The translations under genes were made by a program, and so were the position numbers. Positions 48,464 to 62,901 of a DNA stretch of 64,000 nucleotides are shown here, in pieces. This DNA comes from Camelus dromedarius (Eukaryota): NCBI RefSeq assembly GCF_036321535.1, contig NC_087437.1:29576001-29640000 (forward strand), read 5' to 3'. The number at the start of each line of letters is the position of its first letter. The stretch's first letter is position 1. Under the pieces are notes generated by a model. The model searched no databases. It was given only the letters and a program-made list of their open reading frames with translations, and had not been told where the DNA came from.

Positions 48464-49204
48464 AGCAAAAGGGAGAGAGGAAAGTGGGAGGGAAGTAGCG
48501 TTTGCTTAGACTGAGCTTCAAGGAGTGTGTGCACCTCGCTGGGAGGAGTGCAATATATAAAATGTGAACTTCAAATCTGCCACTCTATTATTATTCCCAT
48601 TCATTACTACTAATCCATTTTGGCATTGTTAATGCCAAAACAGAGTCTTGGAGAAATGCTTAAGGAAAAGTTCGTTTATATCTATAAATTATTTAAATAT
48701 TTTATGTGCTACAGTAAAATATAAATAGTGAAAATACCAACAATATATTTCTTTTTAAACAATATGATTTTATGATTATCTGTTTTTGTAGATTTTGTAA
48801 CAGTCTTCTACATTTCCTGTGTATTGTAATTATTTTATTTTCCTACTTAAGTGGCTACAGTTAACCTGTTATTTGATGACCTGTCTAAAAGAGAGAAATA
48901 AATGCAAAAATTCTGCCATCTAGCATTTCCAGCCCAGCCTTGTGGCAGATTTTGGAGGAGAGATTAGAGAACCAAAAATATAGTTTTGGGGATTTGGGAC
49001 AAAAAAGGGTAAAAAGCACAAAGGAATAAAATTCTGGTGTTAAGATTGAATGATTATCAGTAAATCAAGAAAAAGGTGAATATGGCTGAATACAAGTACA
49101 GAGTGACAGAAGAGGTGTGTAGGACCATCGTAATCCCCCACACATGGGGGAGAACTAGCATTTGAGGGAAGAAATACAATAAAAGAAAGCAAAGAAGTGC
49201 AAAA

Positions 49205-49430
49205 ATAGCAGTAACAGATTTAAGTTACATTTCCTGAGCACTTATTAAATACTAGAAATGCTCTCATTTACTCTCAACAGCAATGAGAGGATATTGTTCC
49301 TAGTTTACAGAAGAGGAATCTGAGAGGAGGGTAGGAGCACAGGTAGCTCTCTTGTAAAAAAAAATCATGAATAGTGACAGTGTCAAGATGTGCACCCAAG
49401 TCTTTTCATTCATGCTCAAGACCTTCCATG
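49205..49430 (-). mobile_element. MIR SINE
   Basis: acatttcctgagcacttat...tttacagaagaggaatctgag. Confidence 0.6.
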
Positions 49431-49979
49431 ATACTGACCCACTGTGACCCTGTCACTTGGAAAATTGACTTCTTACTAAGTGTATTCCTCACTTTATTAG
49501 TTTGAATATGTGTTTAGCAATACTCATCAGTAAGTTACACTTTAATATCTTAGCTCCGAAAGAAGAATAAAGTAGTAGCAGCAAGCAGGAAGTGAAGCAC
49601 CAGCTCATACTCCATCAGTCTTCCTTTTACTTATGATGCTTTTCACATTCAGACACGAAGCCCTAGGTCAATAACCACAAAAAGTTGCCTAACTGTCGTT
49701 GATTATATCAACCCCTCTTTAAGCAAATGTCTAAAGCCAAAGCAGGAATTGCATGAGTTAGGTTATATAAAAATTAGTATACTTCAGGTCATTTCCAGGG
49801 AGAACTTTCCTGGGCCAAATAGATGTTTTTCCCCTTAGCACAAAAGCATGATGTATGAAAAACTGTACCAATTCTAATATTGTTAACCTGTTAAGAAAAA
49901 AGCTAGATAGCAGTTCATTGGATGTGCTCAGTGTACACAGTAAACATGAAGCATTTTAAAGTTCCAAGAAAATACACCT

Positions 49980-50600
49980 GTGACTATGATTAAAGATGGC
50001 TGACTTGACTAAACACACATGCTTCTCTTTCCTTGCAAAATCTAATTGAAATAAAGGTAAATAGGTATTAGCTAGAAAAAAAGTAGAGAGTACCCTGATG
50101 GGTAAAATTTTTGTGGAATTTCTGGAAGAAAGTTGGAATCAGTAAGAGAGGGAATGAGTGTTTAAAACACACACGTACGTATACACACACACAAACACAG
50201 ATACACACAACCCAAAACAGGCAGAGAGGACTACTGCAAAGATAAGAGCCATGCATTCCAAAAATCTCCAGAGGAACTCGAGAAAAGTTCTACAGTATTT
50301 CATAGGAAGTTATCAGAGAGCAGGGGCTGTCTAAATAATCAAGGTAATTACTTAGAAGACTACGGAAATACTGACCCAGTCATGCCCTGCGACCTCACCT
50401 TATTCCCTGTGATGCCACGTACCCAAGTAATTTACCCCAGGCCAAAATCAGAAGACCTTTTCTGAAGGAATGTTGGCTTTACGGTGAAACGGGGGATACA
50501 GAGCAGAGCCCAGATAATTCTAGGCCTCTGCAGTAAAGATGAAAAAAGAGTACCTCCTTCCAAAACTGAGATAAATAAACATGAAGTAAATCCACTTACA
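49980..50600 (+). mobile_element. HAL1 or old L1 5' UTR-like fragment
   Basis: Begins gactatgattaaagatggctgac...acacacatgc, resembling the 5' terminus of ancient L1/HAL1; heavily decayed. Confidence 0.4.
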
Positions 50601-51771
50601 GAAGAGAATCCAACTAATAAAAGACGTAAGTGGCTGTCCTTCCAAGATTCAATTGAACTAAGCTGAGAATGGAACTCAGACTCTCACATTCCTGAAATAC
50701 AAGCCATGCACAAAGCATAAGTGAGAAGTTTCAGCTTTTATCAATTATTTCACGGAAAGAGTGAGAAAACCTACATTCCATGTCCCATAGGAATAGCTCA
50801 TTAACTGTCACACACATTTAAGTGTTTTCCCTACAGACACCCACCCTTCATTTCCTTTCTCTCTGTTCTGGATGCAAGAATATCAAATATTTTCCTCTGT
50901 GCCTCCAGGGTTCTTGCTGATTCCAACATGTTCTTACTTTCTGTTTAAGTAATTATACTGATGCAACATGTTTTAATTCAAGCAGGCAAGCACACAAAGT
51001 GTTCTCAAGTTTGCATAACCCTATAATTAATTGTATCTCTACCTACAAATCATTTTGCAGTACTTTTGTCCTAAATATTATTTAATTGAACCATTTCTCT
51101 GAAAATCACTACTGACCATCACTCTTATACTGTTGCATAAATCTTCGAATTATTTATTTATTTCTCCATAAAATGAGTCCGTATATGCCTTTCCAACATC
51201 TGTCTCTCCTCTGCAATATTTCCCATTACCACACAGGCTAATTTTTTGCAAATGTTTTATGCATTCTGTATCTTATAAGACTCTTGTACAAAAGGAAATG
51301 GAAAATGGAATGGAAATTGGGTCCCCATATGGAAAGAGTAAAGAGAATCTTTGGGGATGTGTATGATTAGTCCCTATAAATCTTCTCTCCCTATGGACCA
51401 GTTGACATTTACTATCCTAAGACGCCTTCCATCTCACCTGTCATGCAGTTGTACATTAAGAAAAAAGACATTTGAAGGATTTTCCAGAATTCCAAGAAAG
51501 TTGCCTACGTGACATCCATTGTAATAAATAAGTCTATAATACCAATATGGCTTAATTAGAACTTTTCAGAATGGCAGCTGGAAAAGATAATTTCCTTGAG
51601 AGGTCAGATAGCATCTTCAACGGCTTGAGATTTCCAGACCAGCCTCTGCAATCCACTATCCTGATAGAACTATGAAACCTAGTTTATTTATCTTGCCTAA
51701 ATGAATTCTACCTGTGACAATAAGTGCCACTATTGCTTGTCTGTACATTAGAGATGTTAATTATTTGAGAA

Positions 51772-52252
51772 TGTTGCTGGAAAAACAGCCTCTGTGCCCC
51801 AAAAGATGAGTTCAGACTTGGAGGCAGAGTTTTAGGAGTATCAGAAAAGAGCAGCTTTATTGCTTTGCCAGGCAAAGGGGAGTCACAGCAGGCTAACACC
51901 TTAGAGACTGTGAATCCGTCTTGGGGTTGTGGTCTTGTTGACGTTTTATAGAAAAACTAGATGGAGCAGAAGAGTGATAACCATCAGGGGCAGTTTGTGG
52001 TGCTTTATTCTTCGTCTTGATAAGTCCATCTGGCGTCATGGAAAACTCCCTAAGGAGTCAACCCATGACTTTCTTTCTGGAAAATAGCTTCTGGGTAAAA
52101 GAATGTATAGGGAAGGTTGGGGACTATTTTAGCAAAAAAATTAAGCCAGTTAAGAAAAAGAAAAACAAGATGTGTCAAAATGAATCAGCACACAGCCTTA
52201 GCATCAGGGAAGCCATTTTGTTAGTTATGCTAGTTAGGTTTCTACTCTTTCA
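51772..52252 (-). mobile_element. Intact ERV1 (gammaretrovirus-like) solo LTR, 481 bp
   Basis: Minus strand runs TGAAAGAG...CAACA, with an AATAAA poly(A) signal (plus-strand gctttattg near 51855). Perfect 4-bp TSD agaa at 51768-51771 and 52253-52256. Confidence 0.85.
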
Positions 52253-52789
52253 AGAATATTCAGCGTTACCATGCTAGGGAAGTCCATTACTATAGCCATA
52301 TTTTTGAAGGCTTGGCCCAATTTCACTTTAAACTGACAAGTTCTAACTATTCTGCTGGAATATCAATGAATCCTGTATATTCAAATCCAGATCAGTTACC
52401 TATTCACCTTCTGTTCCCTAGTTTGTACCTGATACATTAATTGTAGTTTTCATATATCATATATCATTTTGAAAAACATGTGAAATCTGGAACATCAGAA
52501 ATGCGTGCCAAAAATAGTAAACAAAAATCGTGAGCAGAATAAAATAAATTTTAATTGATACCAAGACTAAGAGATAAAAGTAGAACAAATACAGAAGGGC
52601 CATAAAGATACATGCAAGGCTTACAAATATAATTCTAAGTTTTCTATTTAAAATGAAAAGAAGACTAAGTGTTTCTAGTAGACATTGTTGATTGCTACTC
52701 AAGATATGTTCATCTTTTCTTATTAAGAAAACTCTTCTTTATTCAGGTAACAATGTAAGTTGGGGGTAAATTTAAATTCTGATTAACGT

Positions 52790-53190
52790 AAGCCAGCTGT
52801 GGTCATCTCATCTCCTTTGCCAGTAGCTGTTCTGCTAGTAGTTGTTCTAGTTGGGCATCTAACCTGGTTCTGGCCTGTGGAATGATAGGAGATAACTGAG
52901 GGGTCCTCTGGAAAGGTTTCTTTGAAATTAGCTAGAACACACTGAGAAAGTTTGGCATATGCTAGTCTTCTGGATGTTACTGTGTGAGGATTGACTCCTG
53001 GTGCTGTGGCACCCATTCAACAACCATGACATGGACTAGCCTAGTAACAGGCGTGGCCCTGAAGGTGCATAGCTGAAAAATCTAGGAAGTTGTGAACACT
53101 CTGAATCTCACTGAGTTGCTGAATTCACCATACTCAAGACAAATGATTGCCTGACATCTTGCTGAGATTGTACATTGACTGATGCTTTAA
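52790..53190 (+). mobile_element. MaLR LTR, MLT1I/J-like
   Basis: gggcatctaacctggttctggcc...gggtcctctggaaaggtttct...gactcctggtgctgtggcacccatt...tcactgagttgctgaatt. Confidence 0.65.
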
Positions 53191-54595
53191 TAATTGGAGA
53201 TGGTGTTACAGATAATATTCATTGTCTATGAGGGAAAAAATCAGTTCTTTGGGAGAAGCAAAATTTCTCTAGCAATTGACAGAAAATTTTCTAAAGGATA
53301 TTTTCATGTGAAACTTCGTAGGGAAGGCAGTGGGCATTGTGATGGACAGTATCCTCAAGCAGCATTCCTGTAGCAAATATAAAGGTAGGTTTTGTAATAA
53401 TTCTGTGAGAACATAGCACCAAAAAGCAGCTCCATGAAAGCAAACCATTGGGGCTATGCAATCTAGACAGACTAGTTTTCTCCTAGTCTGACTTTATTTC
53501 AAAATAAATTCTAACCTACCTAGAAGAGTTTTCCCCCAAAACACATCAGAGATTAAAATGTTGTGTTAATAGTCGATATTCTTCCAGAAGAGAAGAAGGA
53601 GGAGGAAAGTGGCAGGGAAGGAAATAAGAAAGAAGATGCAGAATGGTCAAGTAAGTGTAGAAGATTCTAGAATAACAATGTTAAACAATTTCTCAAAGGT
53701 TCCTAGTGTGCTAATGTGTGTTAAGAGTGTCCAAGAGAGCATTTCTTACATTATTCTGACCCCAGAGCCCCCTTTACTCTCAGAGCTGAGACTAGAGGGA
53801 ATATTTTTCTATATTCTTATCATACAGACTACAAAGAAAGTCACATTCCATATGTTCTTCTTTGTAAATCAAACAGTAGGAAACTGAGCAATGAATATAC
53901 TGAACACTGTCAGAATCACCACAGACATCACTGCTATACAGTAGGCTTTCAACCAGTGCACAGCCAGCAGTACCAGCCTGGTTTCCCACATGCTCCCTCA
54001 TGTGCTGCCTCCTGTAATCTAGACATTATTTATGTGAGTAGTACAGATAATATCCATTTTATGGAAAAGGAGGAGGCTGGTGAAAACTCTGCTGGACAGG
54101 TAAATATCCCACATACACATGGCCTTCAACCTGGAGGGCTGGCAAAAAATAAAATAAGCATTTATTGCTACTGACCTTACTCTAAATCTTAACTCCATAG
54201 TTAAAGGTTTGTTGAAATTTTACTAAGGCAACTTGGGGTTCTCTAATTTCCTTCCTGCAGTGAGAAGAGAAGCAATTCTACTTCTTTACTTGCTTTATTG
54301 GTATCTCGTGAGAACTCTTAAGAGTAAATGTTATAAACTGGAAAATATTTACTGAAACTTCTAACAAACTTTTGCTAGATTATTAAGTGGACAAAAAATC
54401 TCAATCATATATCAGAAGGGAGAAAAAAGTCATTATACACTTTTTTATCAACACCCCAGACAAATCTGAAAATGAGTTAAAATCCTTGGTCAGATGATTC
54501 AATCTAGAATGTTAATATGATTCTTTTTGTATCTCACTCTCACACTTCCCTGATATTAATTTATTTAAAAGTTATGTATTATTAAATGGAGACAA

Positions 54596-54824
54596 CAGTT
54601 GATGATTAAACAATGTGGATTTGAACTGCAAGGGTCTACTTATACACGGATTTTGTTCAGTAAATCCATGTGACAGCACTACATGATCCTCGGTTGGCTG
54701 AGTCCATGGATCCGGAACCCCAGATATGGAGGGCCAATGGTGAATTTACACGAGGGTTTTGAACTGTTGCAGGGGTCAGTGCCCCTAACCAGCTCCCCAC
54801 CCCAGCTTGCTCTGGGGTCAGCTG
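54596..54824. mobile_element. TcMar-Tigger MITE (Tigger2a_Art-like)
   Basis: Ends cagttga...aacaa and ggggtcagctg|ta; internal ggatttgaactgcaagggtctacttatacacggatttt and ggttggctgagtccatggat. Confidence 0.85.
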
Positions 54825-56114
54825 TAGTTAGAGACTAGTTAGTCTGAAAATATTACAAATAATATGGTCCCTAGGGAGGTGCAATCTCTTACCTGTTTTC
54901 TTGGAGGTCTCTTCTCTTGGATTCATCCAAGAAAAACATAATCTATTGTTTTCCCTACACAGCTCCCCACCACCTAATCCTAACCTTGCTCATAGGTCAG
55001 GATTATTCCTTTCAATAAGCTTTGATAGAGCACATACTTAGTATCAGATACCGTGACCGGTACTGAAAGCACAAGCCTGCACAAGACATGGTCTCTGATT
55101 TCAAGAAGCTCAGAGTCTTGTAAATCTTAACATTTGTCCGCCAGAGATTGATGAGTCCTTAACGGTCTACAATCATAATGAGAACAGAGAGTGGAAAATA
55201 CGTATCCGTAATCAATAGCAATTGCAGCAAAGAACGGTTGATTCTTATTATTGAGGTGAGACATTTACTTTGAGTAATGAGGTTAATATTCAGAAATTGC
55301 ACCTACAGAACACTAAGACAAGTGTCCGGTTTGATCATTTGAATCAAGAAATGGTTCAAATTCAATGATTTTTGTGCTCTGTCATGTGTCATTGTCATAT
55401 GTTAAATTTGACAAATGAGTATTGAGTAGGTCCTATATTTAGACTGTGGTGTCTGGGAGTCTGGGTGGAAGAATAGGGAGAGAAGATAAAGGTAGGAAGA
55501 ATGAATACAAAAGTGAAAGAGAAGTGTCTGGAGGGGCTCGAGAAATTTACAAGACAGTAGGAGGAATTAACACGTAATTTTCATAGAAGAGTTAATTTTC
55601 ATAGAAGACCATATCAAAAGGACAAAAAACAAAGTGGTACAGAAACAGAATGGAAAACAAGGTGAAGGAGGGGCAATTGGGAAGGTTTTATGGGAGTAAG
55701 TAGCATTTTGACTTGGCACTGAAAGAAAAGTATGATTTTTATTACAGGTTAAATAGGAGAAGTTCATCCGTCACCAGACATCCTCCAGCTTTAAGCTTTA
55801 ATCTTCCACTCTCTAAAACTCTGCTTTACCATCATTCTTGGCAGACATCATTCTTGTTCCACTGACTCAGTCTTGAATTTATGGCATTTAAGTACTTATA
55901 GGGTTATCAGGAGGGAAGTTGCTTTTAATACCAAATATTCTAGGTCATAATGAGATTTGGGGAAAATCCACCTGTCATGGGGGTTATTTGACTCTAAATT
56001 TATATCAGTTTCAAGATGCTTAGATCACAAACTCATTCTACATAACTTGAAAAATAGAATTCATATATCAAATGTTGTAGCTTAAAGATACATGGCCAGC
56101 ATGTAACGCAAACA

Positions 56115-56245
56115 TCTTGAATTTAGAAGTGAGAAAACAGAGTCTGAAAGATGTTAAGGGAATTGCTGAAGGTCACACTGGAATTTCTGTAGAAGAAATA
56201 GTGCAAGAAATTGGGACACAGGTGACCTCATTGTTTTCTCTAAAT
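56115..56245 (-). mobile_element. MIR SINE fragment
   Basis: gaagtgagaaaacagagtctgaaagatgttaagggaattgctgaaggtcacac. Confidence 0.65.
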
Positions 56246-59049
56246 CACACTCACCTTCCTTGATTTGCTGGATTCACCACTGGTTCAAAATTTCCCAGTT
56301 GCCAAGCCATTTGGCTCTGTGGGAAGATTTGTTTGGGTGTCTATACTGACACTCCATATCTACGAATTATTGTTACTGTGATAAAGCAGGAGATCATGTC
56401 TTTCACTGGAAACTTTCCACATATATCCAAAAATGGCTTTCACAGTACCCCTGTTGTCTTTTTTCAGCCACAACTTATGTATATTTTCCTGTCAAAAGGA
56501 ATATGCTTTATGCACAAATTAGCATCTGTCTTGTTCATGCTGAATCTGCGTAATCAGTATAATAACAAGAGAAATGGCTCATAATTTTTGCCTTATGGTT
56601 TTTTTTTTCAATTTGATAAATTAAAAAGTAATGCTAAATTGCAGTTGTGAGGATGCAGCTGAGAAGTATGTTTCACTGCTGCAGCCTCACACAGTCTTTA
56701 TGGGAAGAAAAGCCACATCTGTTTCTTCTGTAAGCTTGTCTGAGGGATGATGACACTCAGGAGAGGAACACCAATTCAGGAATTCATGTGATTTTTATGA
56801 ACCAAGCCAAACTCAACAACAACAACAAAAACTCCAATGTCCTTGAAAAGAAGTGTCCTTGAAAAGAAATGATATTTAGTTCCTCCAGCCTGTGTTGTAT
56901 TCTCTGGCAAAAAAATGTGGACCAGATGATCCTAATTTCAAGCTGTTTAGATCACTTCTGAGTAATTAATTTGCTTAAATATTAATAGGATCTCTATCTC
57001 AAGGGTTTTCTACAGAGAAGTATTAAGTTGCAATATTGTATCATATGATTCCTGTATTTGATTCTTATAATGGTTTAATTTTAGCATGACACAAAAATAT
57101 TTATGTCCTAATATGTTAACGTATTGTACTGATGTGGAGAAAATTCATTGGCAGATGACTTTGTAGCTATGGGTAGAATTAAAATCATTTCCATAAATCT
57201 TATGTGATCATTTTTATTGCTAGACATGTATCTGCAGTCCAGTGACATAGGTAGGTAAACCTCTAGTAGGAAGTATAAGAAGCCAGAAAAATACATTGTC
57301 AGTAGAGAACTTTGAAAACATAAAAACTAAATAAGTCAGGATGCTAAAGAAATAGCAGTATCCCCTGTGAATTATATGAACGTATCTAATTCATTCTTAC
57401 ACTTTAATGTTCTAATGTATGATGAATGATTTGAAGCCCTGTATGTTTAAAAGGAACTACAAATTGTTCTTTGAATAAGCAAACTGTATGACCTGTTTGT
57501 GAAAAATAATTTTACTGAAATCATAGGCTACATTGCTAAGAGTATAATATTCAGATCAAAGGAGATCAAAAGTACTCAAAGCACATCGGGAAAGGCAAAG
57601 CTCTTCTTTATATTAGAATGCAGGTTAATAAAGTTTAAAGGGATAAAGTTAGAAATGCTGCACCTGCCAGTGTAATAACTGGTAAAGACAAGGGTCATCA
57701 ATAGATGCTAAATCTATGGGTATAAATCAGATATAGATCAGCTGCAAATACTCAGACTTCTGATTACAAAAATAATATATATTTAAAGAGCAGTACTCCC
57801 ATTATATGTCAGAGATTTTGTTAAGCACAAGAATTCAAGGAATGTTAAGAATGATGAGGTTTCTGCACTTACGGCTTTTCATTCATTCCCCTCATAGTTT
57901 TGGGAAACAATGAAGACCAAGAGAACAAGTTTTTGTCCACTTTTCAAGAGTGTTCTCTTGTGCTTACAGAATAACTATAAAGGCTATCTTGAAAAGCCAA
58001 ATCTTTATGAAAATATCTATGAAACTGTGTTTTGTCCTATTAATATCTAAGCACATTTCTAAGGAAACTGCCCCGGTGTTTAGGACCAGAAACACCATTA
58101 CTATTTACTTTTAATTTCTTAAACCTATTTGTACTGTTTGGTACATATGTATCTTCCCAATTTATGTCAATGTGAATTTATCTGGGCTTAATAATTCCTA
58201 TATAATTTTTCAATATAGGTGTTGAAATAATTGAATGTTCCCTGCAAAAGTAAGGTTGATAATTACTCTCTGTGATTATATGTTTAAAAGCCAAGCACAT
58301 GTTGAATATCAGTAAATTAAGAGAATGGGCTTTTTTCAATGAATTTGTCAATTTTCTGTTCCTATAAGATCCTTTTTGAGGCTCTTGTCCAGGATCTTCA
58401 TAAAGCTGGAGGGAAATCTGTTATTCAGAGGGGTCTGTGCCAGAGGAGGTGGTCCTGGTTGACCAAAATTGGTAGGATTTTTTTTTTTTGAGGAAGCCTC
58501 AGATACTGATAGAGGAAGTATCAAATTGTGTGGAGGAGAGGAATGGAGGGGAAAACAGTGAAGAAGTCCTGAGCATGTTAGAGCAAAGATCTTGGTGAAA
58601 GTGTAAACTGAAAATGATTCATGTGAAACAAAATCAGTACAAGTGGTTCAGGATCAGAGCTTTGAAGGTTTAGGGACAGGCTGTTACATGACCGAGTTTA
58701 CTTGGTGAGCCTGACGGCTTCAAGGAATTAAAGAGAGACCAACCTATTTTTTCCGGACAGACTCAATTTCTGTACACTTCCAGAGAATAACAAAAGTTAT
58801 CTTTAGCATTCATATTTAGACTAGGGCATCTTGCTTTTCCCCACAAAGTCAAACTAGTTTCTTCAAGTCTTTATTGGCATCTCATGCACGTGAGAGTCGG
58901 CTTTGTCTTTCGTCCTCAGCCTTGAGAAAATTGCTGCTTATTCACCCTTCACTACTCTGTTCAGCACAATAGGGTCCAGAAAACATTAGCCAGTCCCTTC
59001 CCATGAGTATGTGAAATGTGGAACTGTGAGAATTTATGCCCTTAAGACT

Positions 59050-59583
59050 TTGTTTGGTTATTATTTATCAGTTAACTCAAAAGTACTTACAAATGAAGTG
59101 ATTTATTATCAGATACCACAAGAAGTCAGAGTTAGTTTCAGTTAGTGATTCTGAGATTGCTGTTTTATGGCCCAATACCATTCTCAGAGACACAGCTCTT
59201 CTTCCTCAAATTTTGTTTCCTGTGGTTACAAATGTTTCAGTTAGCTTCAAAATTCATATCCTGACATAGCAGCATATAAAAACCAGAAGGGACCATCCCC
59301 TCCTCACATGGGATGTCCCAGAATCCCCACAGCAAATTTTACCTCAGATCTGTCTCATGGACCAAGATGGAATGAAGTGATCTTTTCTAAAGCAACCATG
59401 ACAAAGGCAATAGAATTGCTCCTACTGAGTTAGGCTGATCAAGATTTAACCCCTGGGGCTGGGAAGAATCCAAGCCTTCAGTGATTCATAAGGTTACCAG
59501 AAATAAAAAGTCAGGATGTGGATAGCAAGAAATGATTGAAGAGGAAATGATGCTTGAAGGGGCAACCAACAGGGTCAGGGACA
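59050..59583 (-). mobile_element. MaLR LTR, MLT1J-like
   Basis: cccagaatccccacagca...aaagcaaccatgacaaagg...ggctgatcaagatttaacccctggggctggg...ggcaaccaacagg. Confidence 0.65.
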
Positions 59584-60504
59584 TAGTCCCTCTGTTTGAA
59601 ATCTTTCATCTTCCTTGACTTCCTGTAGAAGTCTTACTCATCGTTCAAGATTTCTCCCTTGGGAAACTTCCCTAAACCTACAGGCTAAGTAATTTACTCT
59701 CCTCTGAGCTCACACCACCTCTCATACGTACCGACCTCCTTATAGAACTTACCACACAGGATCCTGTTGATCCTCCATTAGACCAGTTACCTCCATTAGA
59801 CCATGAGTTCCTTCTAACAGGAATCTGCTTTCTCTACTCTGCAAGCCAACATCCATCCATGCTGAAGACAGTGTATGTTCTTTGTGACTACTTACAGAAG
59901 AAAAGGAGAGGAAAAATAGACAGCAAGGAGAAATAAAAGAGGAAGAATGGAAACATTGAAGATTGAAATTATAATTTTAACTGACAATTACATAGGCAGG
60001 GGTATTGATATTAAGCATAGGCATGAGGATTAGCTGGGCAATTTTAATGATATGTTTAACAATTTACAAATAAATAAATATTGAATGCTATTTTTATGCA
60101 ATCTACTTTAATAATTCCTTTAATAACTTACCCTCTGGCAAAGTCACAGTGGCAGTGGCAGTCTCCTCTGTGTCCCACACAGAGGCACAGCTTAGGTGAT
60201 GGTGGGTAGCAGGGAGAGTGGTCTCTTCAGCTGAATAGAATTTCAAAAGTGGTACCTATGAATGTTTAAGATATTGTGTCAGTACAGTAGTTGTTAGGAC
60301 TGTGATACAAAGATCTCAGACAAAAATAGTATGAAAGCAAGACCATGAGATATTTGGAGAGGGCAACCAAAGCATAGAACCTTTCTTCTGTTTTCTCTCT
60401 CAGTAACCAATAGTGCAGCCTTCTGGCCCATCTCACTCCCACCCACCCCCTCCCTGCCTCCTGCGTAAGATTAACCCTTACTAGGCTTCCTGTTCCCCAA
60501 GAGC

Positions 60505-60650
60505 ATCTCATTCAGTAAATGTTTGTGTGCCCACCATGTGCCCAGCACTGTTCAAGACAGTTGGGATGCATCAGTGAGCAAAACAGAGAAAGATCCCTCC
60601 TCCTGAGGGATTTACATTCTAGAAGGGGACAGTTGAGTTGGGGAAGCAAT
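60505..60650 (-). mobile_element. L2 3' end fragment
   Basis: tcattcagtaaatgtttgtgtgcccaccatgtgcccagcactgttc...tttacattctag. Confidence 0.75.
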
Positions 60651-62169
60651 AAGAGAGTCACCTCATACCCAAACCATAGTTGTATCTTTGGAGATAGATG
60701 ACAAAAACAGCATTAATTTCCAAGAACAGTTATACCTGTTCTCATTACCGGATCAGATAAAAGACTTTCAGTGAACCCATGAAGACTCAACCAGAGAAGA
60801 AGTCTGCCAGCAAAGACTGTAAAAAACCCATCCATTTTTTAACTTTCTATTAGGCTTCCCTGGACATATAAAATGGGCGAGGTAACAAGCTCTAAGATAT
60901 TGCCTCGTGTACATCTGAGAAGGAAAAGGAAGAAAAAGGCAAAGGAAGAAATAGAGAGTTTTAACAAATAATAAAAAGTCGATAGAGCTAGCCCACTTGG
61001 CTCTACAGAAGATGGTATTCAGATAAACTGAGTGTGAGATTTAACTTACTATATGTGGCTAAATCGACGAATACCCGGAAAGAGTCTTTAACTGATGGTT
61101 TCATGAAGACCGCAAAAGGAATCCATTGAAATGAATTAAACTACTACTAGTTCTTAATGTGATGACTACACATTGAAAGCCATATACATGATATTTGCAC
61201 ATATCTTCAGCATGATTATATATAAAAAAATGATAAACATTGTAAGCTGCACTTTAACATGAGTTTCCAGGTCCTCTTTGCTAGCTCACTAGCTAAGTGA
61301 TTTGATCTGCTCTGGCCAGAACAGATTTTCCTTTTCTTTGTGTTCAGGTTCTGCTCTTTGACTTCCCATTGCCTCACATTTCCAAGGGCTATTGCATTCA
61401 CTCCCTTGGTCTCACCATCTGAAATTTCACTTGCTTCCAGATCACTTTACATAAGGTATTTCTCAACTCTGTTGCTAGGAAGTCTCCGCCATGTGCCCGC
61501 TGCTGTTTGCTTATTACTAAGAATCAGCTTCTCTTTTGACTTCTATGGCCCTGAAGCTCTGTGTCTCTAGATCATGTTCATGACCAGATGCCTTATACTC
61601 GGCTAGTCTTTTTGACTGAAAGAGTTATGGAGACCAAGAGGAATCTGAAGACCTGTCCCTTCCTTAAAACTAGATCATCACACTCCATATATTCATCTAT
61701 CAAGTATCTCTTCCAGCTGCCTCTTCTCTCTTTAGCATGACCATCATCAAGGGCAGGATAATACTGAACTTGGTGGGTTGTGAGTACAGGTGGTGAATAG
61801 AGACGAACAAAAGGCCAAAATTAGAAACACAACTTGGAATTTGGGTGTGAGAGACCCAAAAATAAAGAGAATAGGAATCAAGGCAGGAATAATCCACATT
61901 TGCAAATAATAGAATTTGCAAAATAAGAAGAAATTTCATCTCACGTTGCAAGAAAGCCATGTAAACTATATCTTTATTTTTACTTTATTGATTTAATCTT
62001 TTGTTAAATTATGGTGTTATTGAATGAAATATTTTAACAAATAGTATATCAATGGAACAAAAATTCAGTAACTTACTGCCATGGGTAAAAGACATAGCCT
62101 TTCATCTTCTCCCTCATATTTTAGCTGGCATTTAGAGCAGTAAAGTCTAAAAGATTAAAAGGAGAAAAA

Positions 62170-62400
62170 GTAAAAGTAATGCCATCCATTGAGGGCTTAC
62201 AGTGTGCCAAGCACCTTACTAAAATATTAAGACATTACCTCGGTTTTCCTCATAATAACCCAATGTGGTAACAGTAATTAATTTTACAGATGCAGAAACT
62301 AAGGGCTAAAAAGTAAAATGCCTATGATGACAGATCTCTTAAGGGAAAGAATTGGGCTTTACACCTGACTGTCTGATTTCAAGGCCTTGCAACCAATGAC
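62170..62400 (-). mobile_element. MIR SINE
   Basis: attgagggcttacagtgtgccaagcacc...cctcataataaccc...attttacagatgcagaaactaagg. Confidence 0.85.
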
Positions 62401-62446
62401 AAGCTACACCAAAGGTGGAAATTGGGAGTCTAAAAAGCTAGCTTCC

Positions 62447-62901
62447 AAAACCAACAACATAACGCCATTTGCAGCAACATGGAGCTCCCGGAGAATGTCA
62501 TTCAAAGTGAAGTAAGCCAGAAAGAGAAAGAAAAATACCATATGAGATCGTTCATATGTGGAATCTAAAAAAAAAAAAAAAAAAACAAAACACACACACA
62601 AACAAAGCCTAAATACAAAACAGAAACAGACTCATAGACATAGAATACAAACTTGTGGTTGCCAAGGAGGTGCAGGGTGGGAAGGGATAGACTAGGATTT
62701 CAAAATTGTAGAATAGATAAACAAGATTATACTGTGTAGCACAGAGAAATATATACAAGATCTTACGGTAGCTCACGGAGAAAAAAATGTGGCAGTGAAT
62801 ATATATATGTTCATGTATAACTGAAAAATTGTGCTCTACACTGGAATTTGATACAACATTGTAAAATGATCATAAATCAATAAAAAATGTTAAAAAAAAA
62901 A
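62447..62901 (+). mobile_element. Young 5'-truncated L1 3' end (camelid type)
   Basis: aacgccatttgcagcaacatgg...gtgaagtaagccagaaagagaaagaaaaataccatatgagatcg...poly(A). Perfect 15-bp TSD aaaaagctagcttcc at 62432-62446 and 62902-62916. Confidence 0.95.

Noticed and set aside
54020..54265. Plus-strand exon pair (donor CAG|gtaaat, acceptor tttccttcctgcag)
   Set aside because: The first acceptor is weak and the longest frame meets TGA immediately after the junction; such signals are common by chance
61700..61960. 86-aa minus-strand ORF with a signal-peptide-like start (MAFLQREMKFLLILQILLFA)
   Set aside because: The hydrophobicity is explained by T-richness; no splice support or recognisable family
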